DNA from: a virus
Lineage: Duplodnaviria; Caudoviricetes
Length of the DNA stretch: 64,000 nucleotides
IMG/VR virus record: IMGVR_UViG_3300021431_004524
Location: 128,001-192,000 of that record
Strand: one strand, 5' to 3'
Of this stretch, positions 47,627 through 58,637 are shown one piece after another. The translations under genes and the position numbers were made by a program. Within the stretch, counting starts at the first letter, position 1; each line of letters opens with the position of its first letter. Below the pieces are notes generated by a model, which worked only from the letters and a program-made list of their open reading frames with translations, made no database searches and had not been told where the DNA came from.

Positions 47627-50600
47627 ATGGCTAGAAACAGTGAAATATTTTTAGGCGGTGATAATAGCACGCTTATATACTTAGGAGAAGAAGAGCATAA
47701 GATTTATCTTGGCTCTGACCTTGTTTATCAACCTAAGATTAGTATCGCAAGTGCAACTGTTTCCGTCGGTTCAAAAACATATAATGGAAGTAAACAGACT
47801 GCTTCATCAATCACTGTCACCATTTCTGGCAAAACACTTACAGTAGGTGAAGATTATCAGATAACATCTAATAGTGGTGGAACCAATGTTGGTAATTATA
47901 CTGTTACAGTAACAGGTATTGGGCTTTATAAGGATGCCGCTTCTGGAACATTCACGATTAATAAGGTAACTCCTACTGTAACAGCCCCAACAGCAAAAGT
48001 TCTGACTTATAACGGTTCAGCACAGGTTCTTGCAACCGCCGGAAGTACTAATTTTGGTACTTTAAAATACAGTCTTGATAATAGTACTTGGCAGACAGCG
48101 GTTCCTGCCGCCACAAACCAAGGCAGTTATACCTTATACTATAAGGTGGATGGTGACAGTAACATCAATAGCGTGGCTGCTAAGAGTATTACTTGTTCGA
48201 TTAATGCAAAACAAGTGACAGCGACTGTCGAACTTAGTCAGACAAAATACACATATAATGGTTCTGCTTTTAAGCCCACTGTTACGGTAAAGGATGGTAG
48301 TACGGTTATTCCGGCTTCTGAATACACGGTTACTTATAGTAATAATGTAAATGCAGGTACGGCAACAGTAACAATTAATGATAATACAGGCGGTAACTAT
48401 GAGGTTATAGGTTCAGCCGACTTTACAATTAATAAAGCTGCTGGAAGTATCAGTTATGAAACTACAACCGTAAATAAAACCTATGGCAATAGTGCCTTTA
48501 CTAATGCATTGACAAAAACCGGTGATGGTAGCGTAACATATTCTTCAAGTAATACAAATGTCGCAACAGTAAATTCTTCCGGTCAAGTGACAATTAAGGC
48601 TGCCGGTTCAGTAACTATTACGGCTACTGTTACTGACGGTACTAATTACGCATACGCAACAAAAACTGCAAGTTATACACTAAGTGTAGCTAAAGCGACA
48701 CCTACGGTTACTGCACCTACGGCTAAAAACCTTACATATAATGGTGGTGCTCAGACGCTTATTAATGCCGGTTCTACTACTGGTGGAACTATTCAATATA
48801 AACTCGGTACAGGTAGTTATAGTACTTCTTTACCTTCTGCAACGAATAAGGGAAGTTATACAGTATACTATAAAGTTGTTGGTAATTCAAATTACAATGA
48901 TGTGGCTGAAGCAAGCGTTACGGTTGAAATTAAGGCTAAGGCACTTACTATTACAGCGAAAGACCAAACAGTTTCTTATGGTACTGCAATCACACAAGGT
49001 ACCGGACAAGTTACGGTTAGTGGTTTGGTAAGTGGTGATACTTTAACTGCAATTACGCTTACTCAGAGTACTGTTAATGTAACGACAACCGGTACAATCA
49101 CACCATCTGCTGCCGCAACGACTAATGGTATCGGTAACTATAGTGTTACCTATACAAATGGTAAATTGACAATTACAGCCGTTGAACCAATTAAGACAGA
49201 CCCTGTTAAGATAGGTAATCTTACATATAATGGCAGTGCTCAGAACCTTGTTACGGCAGGCACAAGTAGTCATGGTACTTTTAGTTATAAATTGTCTACT
49301 GCAAGTACATATGGAAGCAGTATTCCGACCGGTACGAATGCAGGAACATATAGTGTTGATTGGAAATTCGTTGCTGATGCCAATCACGGCGGCGGAACAG
49401 TTACAGGTACTATAACAAATATTTCAATTGCACAGAAATCGCTTACTATTGCTGCTAAAAAGCAAAGCGTTGTATATGGTACTGCAATCACACAGGGTAC
49501 AAACCAAGTTACCGTTACTGGTTTAGTATCAGGCGATTCATTAACTGCAATTACGCTTACACAAAGCACGGTTAATGTGACAACAACCGGTACAATCACG
49601 CCATCTGCTGCCGCAACGACAAAGGGTATCAGTAACTATAGTGTTACTTATGACACTGCAAATCTGACAATTACACAGAAAGCACTTACGATTACAGCAA
49701 AGGCACAGACAGTAAATTATGGTACTGCAATTACACAAGGTACAGGCCAAGTTACTGTTACAGGTTTGGTAACCGGTGATTCATTAACTGCAATTACGCT
49801 TACACAAAGCACGGTTAATGTGACAACAACCGGTACAATCACGCCATCTGCTGCCGCAACCACAAACGGCATTAGTAACTACTCAGTAACATATAATACT
49901 GGTGTACTTACAATTAATAAGGTTTCGGCAAGTGTTACAAAAAAGCCTACTGCTAAGTCACTGACTTATAATACAGAGGCACAAGCCCTTGTAAATGCTG
50001 GTACTGCTAACGGTGGTACAATGTATTATCAGATGACCACATCTAATAGCAAACCAACTAACACAAGCGGATTCAGTGCAACAATACCAACCGGTACGAA
50101 TGCAGGAACATATTATGTATGGTATTACGTAAAAGGTGATTCTAACCATACTGATACTGCAATAAGTGAAACTGCTGTTACTGTGACGATTAATAGTAAG
50201 GCTATTGTTATTCCTACTCCTACGGGTGTAGAGAAAACATATGATGGCACTGCTGCAAGTGCAACATTCAGTGCGGCAACAGGTGCAACAATTACTAAGT
50301 ACAGATATTCAACTGATAATAGTTCATGGACTGAATCAAGTTCTAACCCAATTCAGACGAATCATGGTACTTTATACACACAAGCTTATTATACGGCTTC
50401 GGCAAACTATACTGGTAGCGGATGGTCTTCAAGTGCTACTATCTCGATTGCCAAGGCAGCTCCAACATATACCGCCCCAACTGCTAAGACAGGACTTGTT
50501 TATAGCGGTTCAGCGCAAGCATTGCTTAATGCTGGCTCGACAAGTCATGGTACGATTCAATATTCATCTGATAATACCAATTGGGGTACAACTATACCAA

Positions 50601-53600
50601 CCGGAACAAATGTCAACACATACACAAGTTATTGGCGTTTAGTTGGTGATAATAACCATACTGATGTGTCATCTAAGAGTCTGAGCACATCAATCGGTAA
50701 GGTAACTCCTACTGTAACGGCCCCAACTGCCAAGTCACTTACTTACACGGGTTCTGCTCAGACATTGGCAAATGCCGCATCTACTAACTTCGGTACATTG
50801 CAATACTCCTTGGATGATACCAATTGGAGTACAACTATACCAACAGGAACGAATGCCGCATCTTATACAGTATACTATCGTGTAGTCGGTAATAGTAACA
50901 TCAATGACGTTGCTTCTGATAGTATTACGTGTAGTATTGGCAAGGCTGCCGGAAGTATCAGTTATGCGACTACAACCGTAGATAAAACCTATGGCAATAG
51001 TGCCTTTACTAATGCATTGACCAAGACCGGTGATGGTTCAGTTACCTATTCTTCAAGCAATACAAGTATTGCAACTGTGAATACTTCCGGTCAAGTTACA
51101 ATTAAGGCCGCAGGTTCAGCAACTATTACGGCTACAGTTACTGACGGTTCTAACTACACATACGCGACAAAGACTGCAAGCTACACATTGAATGTGGCCA
51201 AGGCTAATCTAAGTGCGTCGGTATCTATGGACGGATGGACTTATGGCGGCACTGCTAGTAGCCCATCAGTAAGTGGTAATAGTGGCGGTGGCTCAGTAAC
51301 CTATTCTTATAAGGTTAGTGGGGCTGCTGACTCTACTTATACAACTACAAAGCCAAGCAATGCGGGTAATTATGTGGTACGTGCTGTTATTGCTGAAACC
51401 GCAAACTATAATGGCGCAACAGTTACCAATACATTCACTATTGCAAAGGCTAATCCGGCATATACAGCACCAACCGCTAAGACATTAACATATAACGGTT
51501 CGGCACAAGCATTGCTTAACGCCGGTTCTACAAGTCATGGTACGATTCAGTACTCTTCAGACAACAGTACTTGGGGTACGTCTATTCCAACTGGTACAAA
51601 TGCCACATCTTACACAAGTTATTGGAGACTTGTAGGTGATAGCAACCATAAAGATGTGTCATCTAAGAGTCTGAGCACATCAATCGGTAAGGTAACTCCT
51701 ACTGTAACGGCCCCAACCGCCAAGGTTCTGACTTATAACGGTTCTGCTCAGACATTGGCAAATGCCGCATCTACTAACTTCGGTACATTGAAGTATAGCC
51801 TTGATAATAGTACTTGGCAGACAGCGGTTCCTTCCGCTACAAACCAAGGCAGTTATACCTTATACTATAAGGTGGACGGTGACAGTAATATCAATAGCGT
51901 GGCTGCTAAGAGTATTGCATGTTCTATCAACGAGAAAGAAGTAACGGCAACAGTTACATTAAGTCAGTCGACATATACATATAGTGGTAGTGCTTGCACG
52001 CCAACAGTTACTGTGAAAGACGGTAGTACGGTTATTCCGGCTTCTGAATACACGGTTACTTATAGTAACAATGTAAATGCGGGTACGGCAACAGTAACAA
52101 TTACCGATAATACAGGCGGTAACTACAATGTCACAGGTTCGGCAACGTTTACTATTAACAAGGCCAATGGTAGTGTGACTATCAATGCAACTGCACCTAC
52201 TTATACAGGTAATGCTCAGAGTCTTGTTACTGTAAGTGGTAATACGGGTACAGTACATTATAGAGTTGGCACAAGTGGAAGTTGGACAACTACAATTCCT
52301 ACTGGAACCGGTGCCGGCAATTATACCGTATATTGGTACATGGATGCATCATCAAATTATAAGGCACTTAACAGTTCTTCAAGTCCGGCCAGTGTTGCTG
52401 TAACAATCGCCAAGGCTAATCCATCATATGAAGCCCCAACTGCTAAGACAGGACTTGTTTATAGCGGTTCGGCACAAGCATTACTTAATGCGGGCTCGAC
52501 AAGTCATGGTACGATTCAGTACTCTTCAGACAACAGTACTTGGGGTACGTCTATTCCAACGGGCACAAATGCCACATCTTACACAAGTTATTGGAGACTT
52601 GTAGGTGATGGCAACCATAAAGATGTGTCATCTAAGAGTCTGAGCACATCAATCGGTAAGGCATCCGGCATTGCGGGTGTTTCAAGTAGAAGTCTTTCAT
52701 ACACTCGCGGTGCTCAGAACCTCGTAACCGTAAGTGGTAATACGGGTACAGTACATTATAGAGTTGGCACAAGTGGAAGTTGGACAACTACAATCCCAAC
52801 TGCTACTAATGCAGCAACATATACTATATACTATTATGTAGATGCTTCTACGAACTACAATGGTGTAGGTTCAAGTAGTAGTCCTAATAATGTAAGCACT
52901 ACAATCGCTAAGGTTACTCCGGTACTTTCTACAAGTCCTTCGTTGAGAACCGGTTTGAACTATACAGGTTCTGCACAAAATCTTCTTAGTGGTGGTGCAA
53001 TGAAACATAGTAGTTCCGATACCACTTCAGTCGCAGGTACATTCACTTATACTCAGAAAACCAATGCCGGAACATATACTGACCCTACTTGGTCGTTTAC
53101 ACCAACAGATACAACTAACTATAATTCAACAAGTGGTAAGATAACAGGCAGTGTGACAATCGCTAAGATTAACCCAACATATAATGCTCCAACCGCCAAG
53201 TCTGGACTTGTATATAACGGCGTATCTCAGACATTGTATAATGCAGGTTCTAACACAACAGCGGGTGAGTTCTCTTATACTAGCGGTACAAGAAAGGATG
53301 CCGGCAGTCAGACTGTAAGTTGGACATTCACGCCTACCGATACCACTAACTATAATACAAAAACCGGTTCATTTGGCGTAACAATCGGACAGAAAGAAGT
53401 AACACTAAGTTGGGGTACACTTTCTTGGACTTATGACAAGAAGGAACACTCAACAACATGTACTGCCGGTAGTCTAATATCGGGTGATACGTGTTATGTA
53501 ACTCTCACAGGTAATTCAATTACCAATGTCGGAACAGCCACTGTTACAGCATCTGAATTGGGTAATAGTAACTATAAGCTACCATCAGCAAATACTAACA

Positions 53601-54904
53601 CACTTACAGTAAGTGCAAGAACGGTTACTCTTACTTGGGGTACGACTTCTTGGACTTATGACAAGACGGCACACTCTACTACGTGTACATTGGGTAATGT
53701 TGTAAGCGGTGATACGTGTACAGTTACTTTAACAGGTAACTCTATCACTGATGTCGGTTCAACAACTGTCACAGCAAGTAGCCTAAGCAATAGCAACTAT
53801 GCATTGCCATCAAGTAAGACCGCAACACTTACAGTGACAGCAAGAACGGTTACACTTACATGGGGTGATGTCACGTGGGTATATGACGGTGCAGCACACA
53901 GCACAACATGTAAAGCAGGAAACCTCGCAAGTGGTGATACATGCACTGTGACACTTAGTGGTAATAGTATAACCAACAAAGGTACGACAACTGTCACAGC
54001 AAGTAGCCTAAGCAATAGCAACTATGCATTGCCATCAAGTAAGACCGCAACACTTACAGTGACAGCAAGACAAATCAATGTTACGGCAGGTTCTACCTCT
54101 AAGACCTATGACGGTACTGCTTTGACATACAATAGTGCAACAGCAGAGTCTACCGGTACTAACAGAGGTCTTGTAAGTGGCCATTCTATGACTTCTTGCA
54201 CAGTCACAGGCACAATTACCACCAAGGGTTCTGCCGATAATACACCAAGTTCTGCTGTTATTAAGAGTGGTAGTACAGACGTTACATCAAACTATAGTAT
54301 TACTTACGTTAAGGGTTCGCTTACCGTTAATGCAAGGGCTGTCACATCTACGGCTACTGATGAGTCATGGACTTATGACGGAAATGCACATAGTGCTTCT
54401 AACACGGGTACTACGACTAACTTGCCAACCGGCCATACAGCAACATACACTTGCTCAGGTAGTATAACCAATGCAGGTACAGCCACTAAGACATTGAGTA
54501 GTGTCGTTATCAAGAACAGTGGTGGAACTGATGTATCGTCAAGTTTCACAATAACAAAGAATAACGGTACGTTAACAGTTACTAAGGCAAATATTACTCC
54601 ATCAGTCTCTATGAATGGATGGGTATGGGGTGAAACAGCACAGAGTCCTTCTGTAAGTGGCAATAGTGGCAGTGGCGTAGTAACCTATACATACAAGTAT
54701 CCTGGTACAAGTACTTATACTTCAACTGCTCCGGTTTCTAAATCAGATATCGGTACATATACAGTTAAAGCCTCTATTGCTGAATCAACAAACTACAACG
54801 CAGGCGAAGCAACCAATACATTCTCGATTATTACGAACTTCAAACCAAGTGGTTCTGATGCTTTAATAACATCTAACGGCCAATACTTCGAAGTTAGTAC
54901 TTAA
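47627..54904 (+). CDS. giant Thr/Ser-rich Ig-like (MBG-like) repeat fibre/adhesin, 2425 aa
   Basis: About 30 beta-sandwich repeats (TY.G..Q.L, P..TNAG.Y.V, NY.V). Confidence 0.85.
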   Translation: MARNSEIFLGGDNSTLIYLGEEEHKIYLGSDLVYQPKISIASATVSVGSKTYNGSKQTASSITVTISGKTLTVGEDYQITSNSGGTNVGNYTVTVTGIGLYKDAASGTFTINKVTPTVTAPTAKVLTYNGSAQVLATAGSTNFGTLKYSLDNSTWQTAVPAATNQGSYTLYYKVDGDSNINSVAAKSITCSINAKQVTATVELSQTKYTYNGSAFKPTVTVKDGSTVIPASEYTVTYSNNVNAGTATVTINDNTGGNYEVIGSADFTINKAAGSISYETTTVNKTYGNSAFTNALTKTGDGSVTYSSSNTNVATVNSSGQVTIKAAGSVTITATVTDGTNYAYATKTASYTLSVAKATPTVTAPTAKNLTYNGGAQTLINAGSTTGGTIQYKLGTGSYSTSLPSATNKGSYTVYYKVVGNSNYNDVAEASVTVEIKAKALTITAKDQTVSYGTAITQGTGQVTVSGLVSGDTLTAITLTQSTVNVTTTGTITPSAAATTNGIGNYSVTYTNGKLTITAVEPIKTDPVKIGNLTYNGSAQNLVTAGTSSHGTFSYKLSTASTYGSSIPTGTNAGTYSVDWKFVADANHGGGTVTGTITNISIAQKSLTIAAKKQSVVYGTAITQGTNQVTVTGLVSGDSLTAITLTQSTVNVTTTGTITPSAAATTKGISNYSVTYDTANLTITQKALTITAKAQTVNYGTAITQGTGQVTVTGLVTGDSLTAITLTQSTVNVTTTGTITPSAAATTNGISNYSVTYNTGVLTINKVSASVTKKPTAKSLTYNTEAQALVNAGTANGGTMYYQMTTSNSKPTNTSGFSATIPTGTNAGTYYVWYYVKGDSNHTDTAISETAVTVTINSKAIVIPTPTGVEKTYDGTAASATFSAATGATITKYRYSTDNSSWTESSSNPIQTNHGTLYTQAYYTASANYTGSGWSSSATISIAKAAPTYTAPTAKTGLVYSGSAQALLNAGSTSHGTIQYSSDNTNWGTTIPTGTNVNTYTSYWRLVGDNNHTDVSSKSLSTSIGKVTPTVTAPTAKSLTYTGSAQTLANAASTNFGTLQYSLDDTNWSTTIPTGTNAASYTVYYRVVGNSNINDVASDSITCSIGKAAGSISYATTTVDKTYGNSAFTNALTKTGDGSVTYSSSNTSIATVNTSGQVTIKAAGSATITATVTDGSNYTYATKTASYTLNVAKANLSASVSMDGWTYGGTASSPSVSGNSGGGSVTYSYKVSGAADSTYTTTKPSNAGNYVVRAVIAETANYNGATVTNTFTIAKANPAYTAPTAKTLTYNGSAQALLNAGSTSHGTIQYSSDNSTWGTSIPTGTNATSYTSYWRLVGDSNHKDVSSKSLSTSIGKVTPTVTAPTAKVLTYNGSAQTLANAASTNFGTLKYSLDNSTWQTAVPSATNQGSYTLYYKVDGDSNINSVAAKSIACSINEKEVTATVTLSQSTYTYSGSACTPTVTVKDGSTVIPASEYTVTYSNNVNAGTATVTITDNTGGNYNVTGSATFTINKANGSVTINATAPTYTGNAQSLVTVSGNTGTVHYRVGTSGSWTTTIPTGTGAGNYTVYWYMDASSNYKALNSSSSPASVAVTIAKANPSYEAPTAKTGLVYSGSAQALLNAGSTSHGTIQYSSDNSTWGTSIPTGTNATSYTSYWRLVGDGNHKDVSSKSLSTSIGKASGIAGVSSRSLSYTRGAQNLVTVSGNTGTVHYRVGTSGSWTTTIPTATNAATYTIYYYVDASTNYNGVGSSSSPNNVSTTIAKVTPVLSTSPSLRTGLNYTGSAQNLLSGGAMKHSSSDTTSVAGTFTYTQKTNAGTYTDPTWSFTPTDTTNYNSTSGKITGSVTIAKINPTYNAPTAKSGLVYNGVSQTLYNAGSNTTAGEFSYTSGTRKDAGSQTVSWTFTPTDTTNYNTKTGSFGVTIGQKEVTLSWGTLSWTYDKKEHSTTCTAGSLISGDTCYVTLTGNSITNVGTATVTASELGNSNYKLPSANTNTLTVSARTVTLTWGTTSWTYDKTAHSTTCTLGNVVSGDTCTVTLTGNSITDVGSTTVTASSLSNSNYALPSSKTATLTVTARTVTLTWGDVTWVYDGAAHSTTCKAGNLASGDTCTVTLSGNSITNKGTTTVTASSLSNSNYALPSSKTATLTVTARQINVTAGSTSKTYDGTALTYNSATAESTGTNRGLVSGHSMTSCTVTGTITTKGSADNTPSSAVIKSGSTDVTSNYSITYVKGSLTVNARAVTSTATDESWTYDGNAHSASNTGTTTNLPTGHTATYTCSGSITNAGTATKTLSSVVIKNSGGTDVSSSFTITKNNGTLTVTKANITPSVSMNGWVWGETAQSPSVSGNSGSGVVTYTYKYPGTSTYTSTAPVSKSDIGTYTVKASIAESTNYNAGEATNTFSIITNFKPSGSDALITSNGQYFEVST

Positions 54905-54951
54905 ATAATTTAAAATAATTCATTAATAAACAATATAAATAAATTTTAAAT

Positions 54952-55341
54952 ATGGCACAATATTCAAGTAGTTATACAGGTGCGCAAATTGACAGTGCTG
55001 CTAGTGAAACTGCATTCAATAATAGTATCGCAACCGGTACTACCGTAGCAAGCATGTCATCTTCAAGTAGGATTAACATCATAACCGTTTCGAGTGGAAC
55101 TTCTCAAACCCTTTCGTTCAGTTCGGCTTTAGCCGCTGGACGAGAGATACAGATTATAATAAAAGCCAACGGTGTAAAAGCACAAATATCCATCCCGCAT
55201 GACGGTTCTACTTGGTTCAATACAGTAGATGGCGAAGGTAAGACAATGACGGTTGCAAGCGGTAAATTAGGTGAAATCAATGTAATTAATGCAGGTACAA
55301 GCACATCACCTGTATATTATGTCCGTTACATCGGCGCATAA
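54952..55341 (+). CDS. fibre-associated protein
   Basis: Paralogous to C-terminus of 56611 (AG.EI.II.KA, GK.GEINVI, RY.GA). Confidence 0.7.
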   Translation: MAQYSSSYTGAQIDSAASETAFNNSIATGTTVASMSSSSRINIITVSSGTSQTLSFSSALAAGREIQIIIKANGVKAQISIPHDGSTWFNTVDGEGKTMTVASGKLGEINVINAGTSTSPVYYVRYIGA

Positions 55342-55378
55342 TAAATTAAAATAAAAACAAAATACTATAAATTAAAAT

Positions 55379-56002
55379 ATGGCAAGATACACGTATATTA
55401 AAAGAGACGTAATTGATTATTATGTCGAATGTAATGAATTGTTATCTCCATCGTTTTTTCCAATCGGTGAGACTTGGGTTGACTTTATAAACAATAAATA
55501 TGTTCTCCTTTCTGATGAACAGGTTGCATTCCGTGAGGCTAATCCAGATGCGACAGTTCAGGAGGTTTGGGATATGCAACTTACCCCTCCTCACGTAAGG
55601 ACACTTGAAGAGGCCAAGGCTGAAATGATTCAGAGAATTGTTGAATACGATTCATCCGACAATGTTAATGCTTTCATAATAAATGATTCCGTGAAGGCTT
55701 GGTTCACTGCCGATGAACGTGCAAATTATCGTAACTCAATTGATTCTGCTGAAACACTCGGTATTGAAGAACTGACATTTTTTGCCGGCAATATGTTGGT
55801 TACAGTACCAACAGCAAACGCTAAGATAATGCTTGCACAGATTCAGTTATATGCCGACCAGTGCTACATTGTAACACAGTTGCACAAGGATACTGTTAAC
55901 AACCTTGAGACAATTGAGGCAGTTGATGCATTCGACTATACAAGCGGTTATCCTGAAATGCCTTCATTCGTAATTGAAGATATTGTAACTAATGAGGAAT
56001 AA
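55379..56002 (+). CDS. DUF4376-like tail-fibre assembly protein
   Basis: TLEEAKAEMI..I.EYD.S, ...FDYTSGYP. Confidence 0.72.
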   Translation: MARYTYIKRDVIDYYVECNELLSPSFFPIGETWVDFINNKYVLLSDEQVAFREANPDATVQEVWDMQLTPPHVRTLEEAKAEMIQRIVEYDSSDNVNAFIINDSVKAWFTADERANYRNSIDSAETLGIEELTFFAGNMLVTVPTANAKIMLAQIQLYADQCYIVTQLHKDTVNNLETIEAVDAFDYTSGYPEMPSFVIEDIVTNEE

Positions 56003-56042
56003 CACCATTTTTATAAAATAAAAGATAACACAATAAATATAA

Positions 56043-56573
56043 ATGGCAAATAAACACTTACAGCACGTAAAGAGTAACGATGTCAATAATGGTAGTCCGA
56101 AACTTCCTACTACTGACCAAATTTTACTTGGCGAGATTGGTATTAACTATGCTCATGGTTATGAACGTATGTCCATTAAGAACGATGCCAATAAAATTGT
56201 TGAGTTCGTTTCAAAGGAATATGTTGATACATCGGCAGGCCAAGCGGCTAATGTGAAAGAAGTTCAGATTGGTGGAACTACTCCTTCAGGGGATAATACC
56301 ATAGACATCTTCGTTGATACGTCAGTTGACCCTATTTCTGTTGATGTATATAGCAAACAGCAGATTGACACAAAGGTTGAAGCATTACAAGGAAAAGATG
56401 ATGACATTCAGGAAAAAATCGACAATATGATTGTTATCGGAGAAAACCCGACAACCGATACAGACACCGAAATAATCATCGATACATCTGAATCACCAGC
56501 AATCGCAGTGTATACCCAGGCACAAGTCGATGCGATTATTCAGAAACTTAAAGACGATAATCACCTTATTTAA
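56043..56573 (+). CDS. fibre-associated protein
   Basis: N-terminus paralogous to 46480 (MANKH.QHVKSN, GE...NYA.GYER.S.KN). Confidence 0.72.
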   Translation: MANKHLQHVKSNDVNNGSPKLPTTDQILLGEIGINYAHGYERMSIKNDANKIVEFVSKEYVDTSAGQAANVKEVQIGGTTPSGDNTIDIFVDTSVDPISVDVYSKQQIDTKVEALQGKDDDIQEKIDNMIVIGENPTTDTDTEIIIDTSESPAIAVYTQAQVDAIIQKLKDDNHLI

Positions 56574-56610
56574 ATAGAAAATAATATTTATTAATATATT
56601 TTAAGAAAAA

Positions 56611-58599
56611 ATGGCAGTATTAAAATACAAAAATGGTTCGGGACAGTATGTTCCCATCTCAAATTATACCGTTCAGCCTATTGACCCCGTTCAAACGACT
56701 GGTAGTTCTACCACAGCAATTATGTCTCAGAACGCAGTTACGGTAGCCCTTAACGCTAAGGCAAACTCTGCTGATGTCTATACACAAACAGAGGCTAATA
56801 ACCTTATCTTTGGACAGAATACCGTTCCAAGCGGAACCGGTGCCGCAACAAACGTACAGCAACTTATCAATAAGACCGTCTATGGTACAACAACACCTTC
56901 TTCTGCTCAGAAAGAAGCAAACGTCGTAACAACTGAGAATCTTGCGACTACTCTTAGCGGATATGCAACAACAAGTGCCATCGCAGACTTCTTCGACGGT
57001 GCGGAATATACAAACGGTACAGGTACACTTGCAGGCAAGAAAGTAATTGCCTTCAAACATGGCTCTACTGTTAAGGTTCAACTCGATGCGACAGACTTCG
57101 TTAAGGACGGCATGCTTACAAATGCAGAAATAAAGGACGTTACCATCTCAGGACAAAGCGTTAAATGCCTTGTGCTTACATTCAATACCGATTCAGGTAA
57201 GAGCGACATCAATATTCCTGTTGAGGATATTTTTGATGCAAGCAACTATGTTGCAAAGGGTGAAGTTGATGAAATCGTCGCTGAGTCAGTGGCAGAAGCA
57301 GTGTCTCCTGAAGGAGGTACTCAAACAGAGGCTCAGAAAGCATTAACAGATGCGATTTCTGATGCCGTCGCAAAGGCTATCAAAGATGCTCTTGCTCCCG
57401 GTTCACAAGATACGACAGTTGTTCAGCAGATTGATAACACTATTACTAAGTATGTATATACACCTCAAGGTGGTAGCCAAATACAACTTACTGATGTAAT
57501 GACTGCAAGCCATACACATAGTAATATGGGTGTATTGGAAGGTATTACAGCAGAAAAGGTTAGTGCATGGGATAACGCATCTGCCGGTGGCGTAACTAAT
57601 GTTTCATATAACACGACTGACAAGGAAATTACTAAGACAGTAGGTGGAAAAACAACTTCAGTCGTAAGTGTTGCTACCTTGAAGACCGACATGAGACTTT
57701 CAAGCACAGATGTCGGCCTCGGTAACGTAGGTAACTTCAAGGCCGTTTCAACACTTGCAAACCAGGGACTTACTTCAGCAGAACAAGCAAATGCACGTGC
57801 AAACATCGGTGCCGGCACTTCTACATTCAGTGGTAATTACAGCGATTTGAATGGTAAACCTGCTCTCGGTGATGCCGCAGCAAAAGCCGTTGACACTTCA
57901 ATTGATGCTTCAAGTTCATCAACAAATATCCCAACTTCATCAGCAGTCGCAAGTTTCGTTGAAGGTAAGGGTTATTCAACCACTAATACAACTTATAAAC
58001 TTACTATCGGTGATACCACAAACGGTGATAGTGCTAACGGTGTAGACCTTGGTACACTTAAAAGCAAGGCAGCAGCCGCTTCAGGCACAGAGCTTTCACT
58101 TGTTACAACCGGTGAGAAGGATGTTTGGAACAACAAACAGGATGCTATTGCGTTCAACACTGCTTATAACGCAAACACCAACAAGGCCGCAACAATGAGT
58201 GATGTGCCAAAAATCGGTACAGCTGCCGGAACCGCATTTGACGGTGCTGACGGTGCTACTGCAAAGGCCGAAACAGATTTCTTGACAGGTTCTAACGGTA
58301 CAGACACGACTCCACTTACAAGCGTTGCAAATATTCCTGTCGACAAACGTCTTGTACGTGTAAATCTTAGTGGCGATGATAATTTCACCCTGGAAAGTTT
58401 ACCTGCTGCCGGACATGAAATACATATCATCGTTAAGGCAACTGACGCAGTTACAATTACCATACCATCTAGCACATCTGAGAATTTCTATGAGTGTCTG
58501 AATGACAGCACATCAATGAATATTGCAAGTGGCAAATACGGTGAAATCAACGTAATCTCAGATGGCGATAAAGCATATATCCGTTATCTTGGCGCATAA
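56611..58599 (+). CDS. tail fibre protein
   Basis: TG.ST...MSQ.AVT, DVGLGNV.N, ARANIGAG.S.FSG.Y.DL..KP fibre motifs. Confidence 0.78.
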   Translation: MAVLKYKNGSGQYVPISNYTVQPIDPVQTTGSSTTAIMSQNAVTVALNAKANSADVYTQTEANNLIFGQNTVPSGTGAATNVQQLINKTVYGTTTPSSAQKEANVVTTENLATTLSGYATTSAIADFFDGAEYTNGTGTLAGKKVIAFKHGSTVKVQLDATDFVKDGMLTNAEIKDVTISGQSVKCLVLTFNTDSGKSDINIPVEDIFDASNYVAKGEVDEIVAESVAEAVSPEGGTQTEAQKALTDAISDAVAKAIKDALAPGSQDTTVVQQIDNTITKYVYTPQGGSQIQLTDVMTASHTHSNMGVLEGITAEKVSAWDNASAGGVTNVSYNTTDKEITKTVGGKTTSVVSVATLKTDMRLSSTDVGLGNVGNFKAVSTLANQGLTSAEQANARANIGAGTSTFSGNYSDLNGKPALGDAAAKAVDTSIDASSSSTNIPTSSAVASFVEGKGYSTTNTTYKLTIGDTTNGDSANGVDLGTLKSKAAAASGTELSLVTTGEKDVWNNKQDAIAFNTAYNANTNKAATMSDVPKIGTAAGTAFDGADGATAKAETDFLTGSNGTDTTPLTSVANIPVDKRLVRVNLSGDDNFTLESLPAAGHEIHIIVKATDAVTITIPSSTSENFYECLNDSTSMNIASGKYGEINVISDGDKAYIRYLGA

Positions 58600-58637
58600 T
58601 ATTACATATAATAAAAATTATAAACTGATAATATAAA

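Noticed and set aside
48741-58475. Many antisense or alternate-frame ORFs inside large genes
   Set aside because: Shadow ORFs from biased codon usage in repeat proteins.
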